64,000 nt of DNA, from the NCBI GenBank assembly GCA_049291875.1, contig JBATQE010000037.1, forward strand, positions 7,384-71,383, written 5' to 3'. This document shows positions 60,933 through 64,000 of the stretch, piece after piece; position 1 is the stretch's first letter, and the number at the start of each line of letters is the position of its first letter. The position numbers and the translations under genes are program-made. This DNA comes from Burkholderiaceae bacterium (GTDB taxonomy: Bacteria; Pseudomonadota; Gammaproteobacteria; Burkholderiales; Burkholderiaceae). A model generated the notes under the pieces. The model was not told the origin of the DNA. It was given only the letters and a program-made list of their open reading frames with translations, and searched no databases.

Positions 60933-62132
60933 ATGGATTTGAAAGACAGAAATGCGTGGAAGCAGTTGGTCTTTGCCGCTCTCGTATTAGTCGCTATTGT
61001 AGCGTTTTTCTGGTTTTTATGGACAATAAAGGGCGTCATTTTGCCGTTAATTTTTGCGGCGTTTTTGGCGTATTTGTTGCATCCTTTGGTTCATAGAATG
61101 CAAAAAGCGGGGCTTCAGCGTAGCATCGGTGCATTGATTGCGCTCAGTGTGGTGATATTGGCGTTGACGTTCATGGTGTTTATTCCGTGGCCGATCATCA
61201 GTTCTCAATTGAATATTTTGCAACAAAAATTGCCGGAAGTGGTGGCCAAGCTACACTATATGCTGGCTAATTCGGGGCTGATTCAGAATTTTTTCCCCGA
61301 AATGAACAGCAGCAATTGGTTGCAGCAATTACAAGATTTCATCGCGGATAAAGTTAATTTTTCCAAATTGGGACAAGATGTTTGGCGCTATTTGATGCAA
61401 GGTGGTTCGGTGTTGCTCAGTACCTTGTCTTGGGCGTTATTGGTACCGATTTTGACGTATTTTGTGTTGGTGAGCTGGCCGGATCACGTCAAACAATGGC
61501 GTCAGTTGTTACCCAAACGTTGGCGCGCGGGTTTTTGGCGCGTCAGTCAGGAAATGGATGAGGTCTTGTCGCAGTATATGCGCGGGCAGGTTTTGCTGAT
61601 GCTGAGTCTGGCGGTTTATTACGCGGTGTTGCTTAAGCTGATCGGTTTGCAGGTCGGGATTCCGGTGGGGATTTTGACCGGCTTATTTGTGATTATTCCG
61701 TATTTGGGCTTTGGCTTGGGTTTTGTATTGGCAACCTTGACCGCGCTGTTGCAGTTCGGTTTGACGGTTCCGTTCTTTTTGGTGCTGGCCGTCTACGGTA
61801 TCGGTCAACTGTTGGAAAGTTATGTGTTGACGCCGCGTCTGGTGGGTGAGCGCATTGGTTTGTCGCCGGTGGGTGTGATTTTGGCTTTACTGATTTTTGG
61901 TACCTTGTTCGGTTTTGTGGGTATGTTGTTTGCCTTGCCGGTGAGTGCGGTGTTGGTGGTCGTGACCCGTTTGATCCGGGATGCTTATTTCAACAGTGCC
62001 TTCTATTTGGCCGAACCAGCGCCAACCGTGGCTGTGACGGTTTTGCCGGATGCTGCGGAACAAAGTGTGACTGAACAGGGCGTTACAGAACGAAGTGCAA
62101 CGGAGCCAAACATGAGCGAGAAGCAGGGTTAA
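60933..62132 (+). CDS. perM: AI-2E family transporter (PerM/YdiK-like permease)
   Basis: 399 aa with about 8 TM helices and the block '[15 protein letters not shown]...[20 protein letters not shown]'. Divergent from purM. Confidence 0.8.
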   Translation: MDLKDRNAWKQLVFAALVLVAIVAFFWFLWTIKGVILPLIFAAFLAYLLHPLVHRMQKAGLQRSIGALIALSVVILALTFMVFIPWPIISSQLNILQQKLPEVVAKLHYMLANSGLIQNFFPEMNSSNWLQQLQDFIADKVNFSKLGQDVWRYLMQGGSVLLSTLSWALLVPILTYFVLVSWPDHVKQWRQLLPKRWRAGFWRVSQEMDEVLSQYMRGQVLLMLSLAVYYAVLLKLIGLQVGIPVGILTGLFVIIPYLGFGLGFVLATLTALLQFGLTVPFFLVLAVYGIGQLLESYVLTPRLVGERIGLSPVGVILALLIFGTLFGFVGMLFALPVSAVLVVVTRLIRDAYFNSAFYLAEPAPTVAVTVLPDAAEQSVTEQGVTERSATEPNMSEKQG

Positions 62133-62136
62133 TTTG

Positions 62137-62868
62137 ATGAGGTATCCGCAATTTGCTTTGGAGTTGAGTTTGAACGATGAGCCGCGATTGGAGAATCTGA
62201 TCGTCGGGCGTAATGTCGAGGTGCTTCGACATCTGCATGATCTGATCGCAGACCGTTTTGAGCCGATGGCTTTGTATTTGTGGGGCGCGGGCGGTGCGGG
62301 CAAAACGCATATTTTGCGCAGTTTGGCTGTATCCGATCGTGCGCGCTATCTGACGGCGGCTGATTTTGAGCGCGAAGTCGAGCCGGGCGATTACCGCTGG
62401 TTTTTGGTGGACGATGTGGATGGGTTTTCTGCGCAGCAGCAGACGCATTTGTTTCATTTGTTCAACGCGGTTCGCTCTGAAAAAACGATGCCTTTGCATG
62501 AGAATCGACACATGGTGTTGACCGCGAGTTGCTCGCCGGCGCATTTGCCGATCGATTTTTTACCCGATTTGCGCACGCGGCTGGCGTGGGATTTGGTGTA
62601 TGAGCTGTATGTACTCAGTGATGAGGAAAAAGCGCAGGTGCTGTTTGAGCAGGCGGAGCAGCGCGGTTTGACGCTCGGTCACGGGGTGATTGATTATATG
62701 TTGCGTTATTCCAGTCGCGATTTGTCGAAATTGCATGAATTTTTGGTGCAATTGGATCGCTACGGTTTGCAAAAGAAGCAGGCGATTACCGTGCCGTTAC
62801 TCAAGGAATGGTTGAACGCTGATGCGCATGAATCGAGCGCCGTTGATCCGTCGGTCGCCAATCAATGA
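62137..62868 (+). CDS. hda: DnaA regulatory inactivator Hda
   Basis: Walker A 'LWGAGGAGKTHIL', 'FLVDDVD' and DnaA-AAA+-like sensor regions. A TTG at 62134 is an alternative start. Confidence 0.8.
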   Translation: MRYPQFALELSLNDEPRLENLIVGRNVEVLRHLHDLIADRFEPMALYLWGAGGAGKTHILRSLAVSDRARYLTAADFEREVEPGDYRWFLVDDVDGFSAQQQTHLFHLFNAVRSEKTMPLHENRHMVLTASCSPAHLPIDFLPDLRTRLAWDLVYELYVLSDEEKAQVLFEQAEQRGLTLGHGVIDYMLRYSSRDLSKLHEFLVQLDRYGLQKKQAITVPLLKEWLNADAHESSAVDPSVANQ

Positions 62869-62886
62869 CATAGATTTAGGAATGTA

Positions 62887-63561
62887 ATGAAGAAAACAAT
62901 CGCTTTATTTGATTTGGATAAAACCTTGATTCCGGGCGACTCGGATCACGGCTGGGGGGCTTTTTTGTCCAAAAACGGTTTTGTGGATGCGGTCGGATTT
63001 AAGAACAAGCATGATTACTTTTATCAACAATATTGCGCGGGAACGCTGGATATTATTGAATATTCGGAATTTGCCTTTGAAGTGCTGACGCAGCATCCGA
63101 TGGCGGAATTACAGCAATGGCGCGAGCAGTTTATGGCCGAATTCATCGAGCCGATGATTCAGCCGCAAGCGTTGGATTTGGTGAAAAGGCATCAGGATGC
63201 CGGTCACGAATGCGTGCTGGTGAGCGCGACCAATGAGTTTGTGATTGAGCCGATCGGCTGGCGTTTGGGTTTTGAGCATATTATCGGCACGACGCCGGAG
63301 CAAAAAGATGGCCAATTTACCGGTAAGGTTTTCGGCACGCCGAGCTTCCAAGCGGGTAAAATCACGCGCGTGCAACAGTGGTTGAACGAGCGCGGCGCGG
63401 ATTGGGACAGTGTGGTTACTTTTTTCTACTCGGATTCGATGAACGATGTGCCGCTGCTGGAAAAAGCCACGTTTCCGATGGCGTGTAATCCCGACGACAC
63501 CTTGCGTGGCATTGCGCGGGCGCGTCACTGGCCGATTTTAGAATTATTTGAGATGCAGTAA
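62887..63561 (+). CDS. HAD-IB family hydrolase (SerB-like fold)
   Basis: 'ALFDLDKTLIPGDSD' (DxDxT), 'LVSATNEF', 'GKITRV' and 'FYSDSMNDVPLL'. Confidence 0.8.
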   Translation: MKKTIALFDLDKTLIPGDSDHGWGAFLSKNGFVDAVGFKNKHDYFYQQYCAGTLDIIEYSEFAFEVLTQHPMAELQQWREQFMAEFIEPMIQPQALDLVKRHQDAGHECVLVSATNEFVIEPIGWRLGFEHIIGTTPEQKDGQFTGKVFGTPSFQAGKITRVQQWLNERGADWDSVVTFFYSDSMNDVPLLEKATFPMACNPDDTLRGIARARHWPILELFEMQ

Positions 63562-63579
63562 AAAATACGATAGATAAAA

Positions 63580-64000
63580 ATGATAAAAACTTTTATAAAA
63601 CAACTGTTTACGCCTAAAAGTCGTCAGGCGAAAAGCGCCGCCGCCGATGAGTTGAGTGCAGCAGGCAGTGCGAGCGGAATCGCAGGTACTTCACGCGAAG
63701 CGCGCAAAAAACTCAAAGCGCGAGCGAAAAAGCCGGTGCTGCATAAAGCGCACTCGTATCCGGCGAAAAAACACGGCATCAATCCGCGTCACATTCCCGA
63801 GTCGGCGCGCGTGGTTAGCGAAATTTTGAGCGAAGCGGGTTTTGAGGCCTATGTCGTTGGCGGCGCGGTGCGCGATTTGATGCTTGGGCACATTCCGAAG
63901 GATTTTGACGTGGCGACCAACGCGCGCCCCGAGCAGGTATTGAAACTGTTTCGTCGCTCGCGCATCATTGGGCGACGTTTTCGCATCGTGCATGTGCTGC
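63580..64000 (+). CDS. pcnB: Poly(A) polymerase I PcnB (3' end beyond window)
   Basis: Own translation from ATG 63580 gives 'MIKTFIKQLF...AYVVGGAVRDLMLGHIPKDFDVATNARPEQVLKLFRRSRIIGRRFRIVHVL', the PcnB/CCA-NTase head domain. It is not in the ORF track because no stop falls inside the window. Confidence 0.85.
   Translation, partial: MIKTFIKQLFTPKSRQAKSAAADELSAAGSASGIAGTSREARKKLKARAKKPVLHKAHSYPAKKHGINPRHIPESARVVSEILSEAGFEAYVVGGAVRDLMLGHIPKDFDVATNARPEQVLKLFRRSRIIGRRFRIVHVL

Overview
The window is a mostly housekeeping chromosomal segment of about 60 genes with no rRNA, tRNA, CRISPR array, transposase, integrase or prophage genes. The purM <> perM-hda-HAD-pcnB gene order looks betaproteobacterial. 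A dRS3/NIME-like intergenic repeat is reminiscent of Neisseriaceae, but no canonical DUS uptake sequence was seen. Contents in order:
- Complete Pho module (pstC'AB-phoU-phoBR), an MHS-type MFS transporter and uppP.
- A co-directional carboxylate-uptake island: actP/DUF485, an orphan membrane protein, DUF4212/SSS, and a DEDDh exonuclease paired with a DUF294 cNMP/CBS nucleotidyltransferase.
- nhaD-can-DUF853, yebC, a DUF883 protein, lldD and pyrF.
- A PlpD-like type Vd patatin autotransporter and a TSUP exporter.
- A 6S RNA gene that the ORF track misses.
- eptA, htpX, a secreted subtype-B tannase homolog, aspS, a bactofilin + M23 peptidase pair, rho, trxA, an OmpA-family protein and acnB.
- A small MITE/NIME-like insertion that duplicates the acnB terminator.
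- The soluble formate dehydrogenase operon fdsGBA-fdhD-fdsD.
- A frameshifted aphA, yaiI, and an rluE / degenerate squalene-phytoene-synthase-like / GT2 operon.
- icd, a KirBac-type K+ channel, rraA, panD, purM, perM, hda, a HAD hydrolase and the 5' part of pcnB.

I found no unambiguous new system. The best candidates for uncharacterised biology are the DUF294-exonuclease-symporter locus, a duplicated 28-nt perfect hairpin upstream of two genes, the MITE-like element, and the degenerate SQS-like/GT2 pair. All protein-family calls rest on motif recognition by eye, not on searches.
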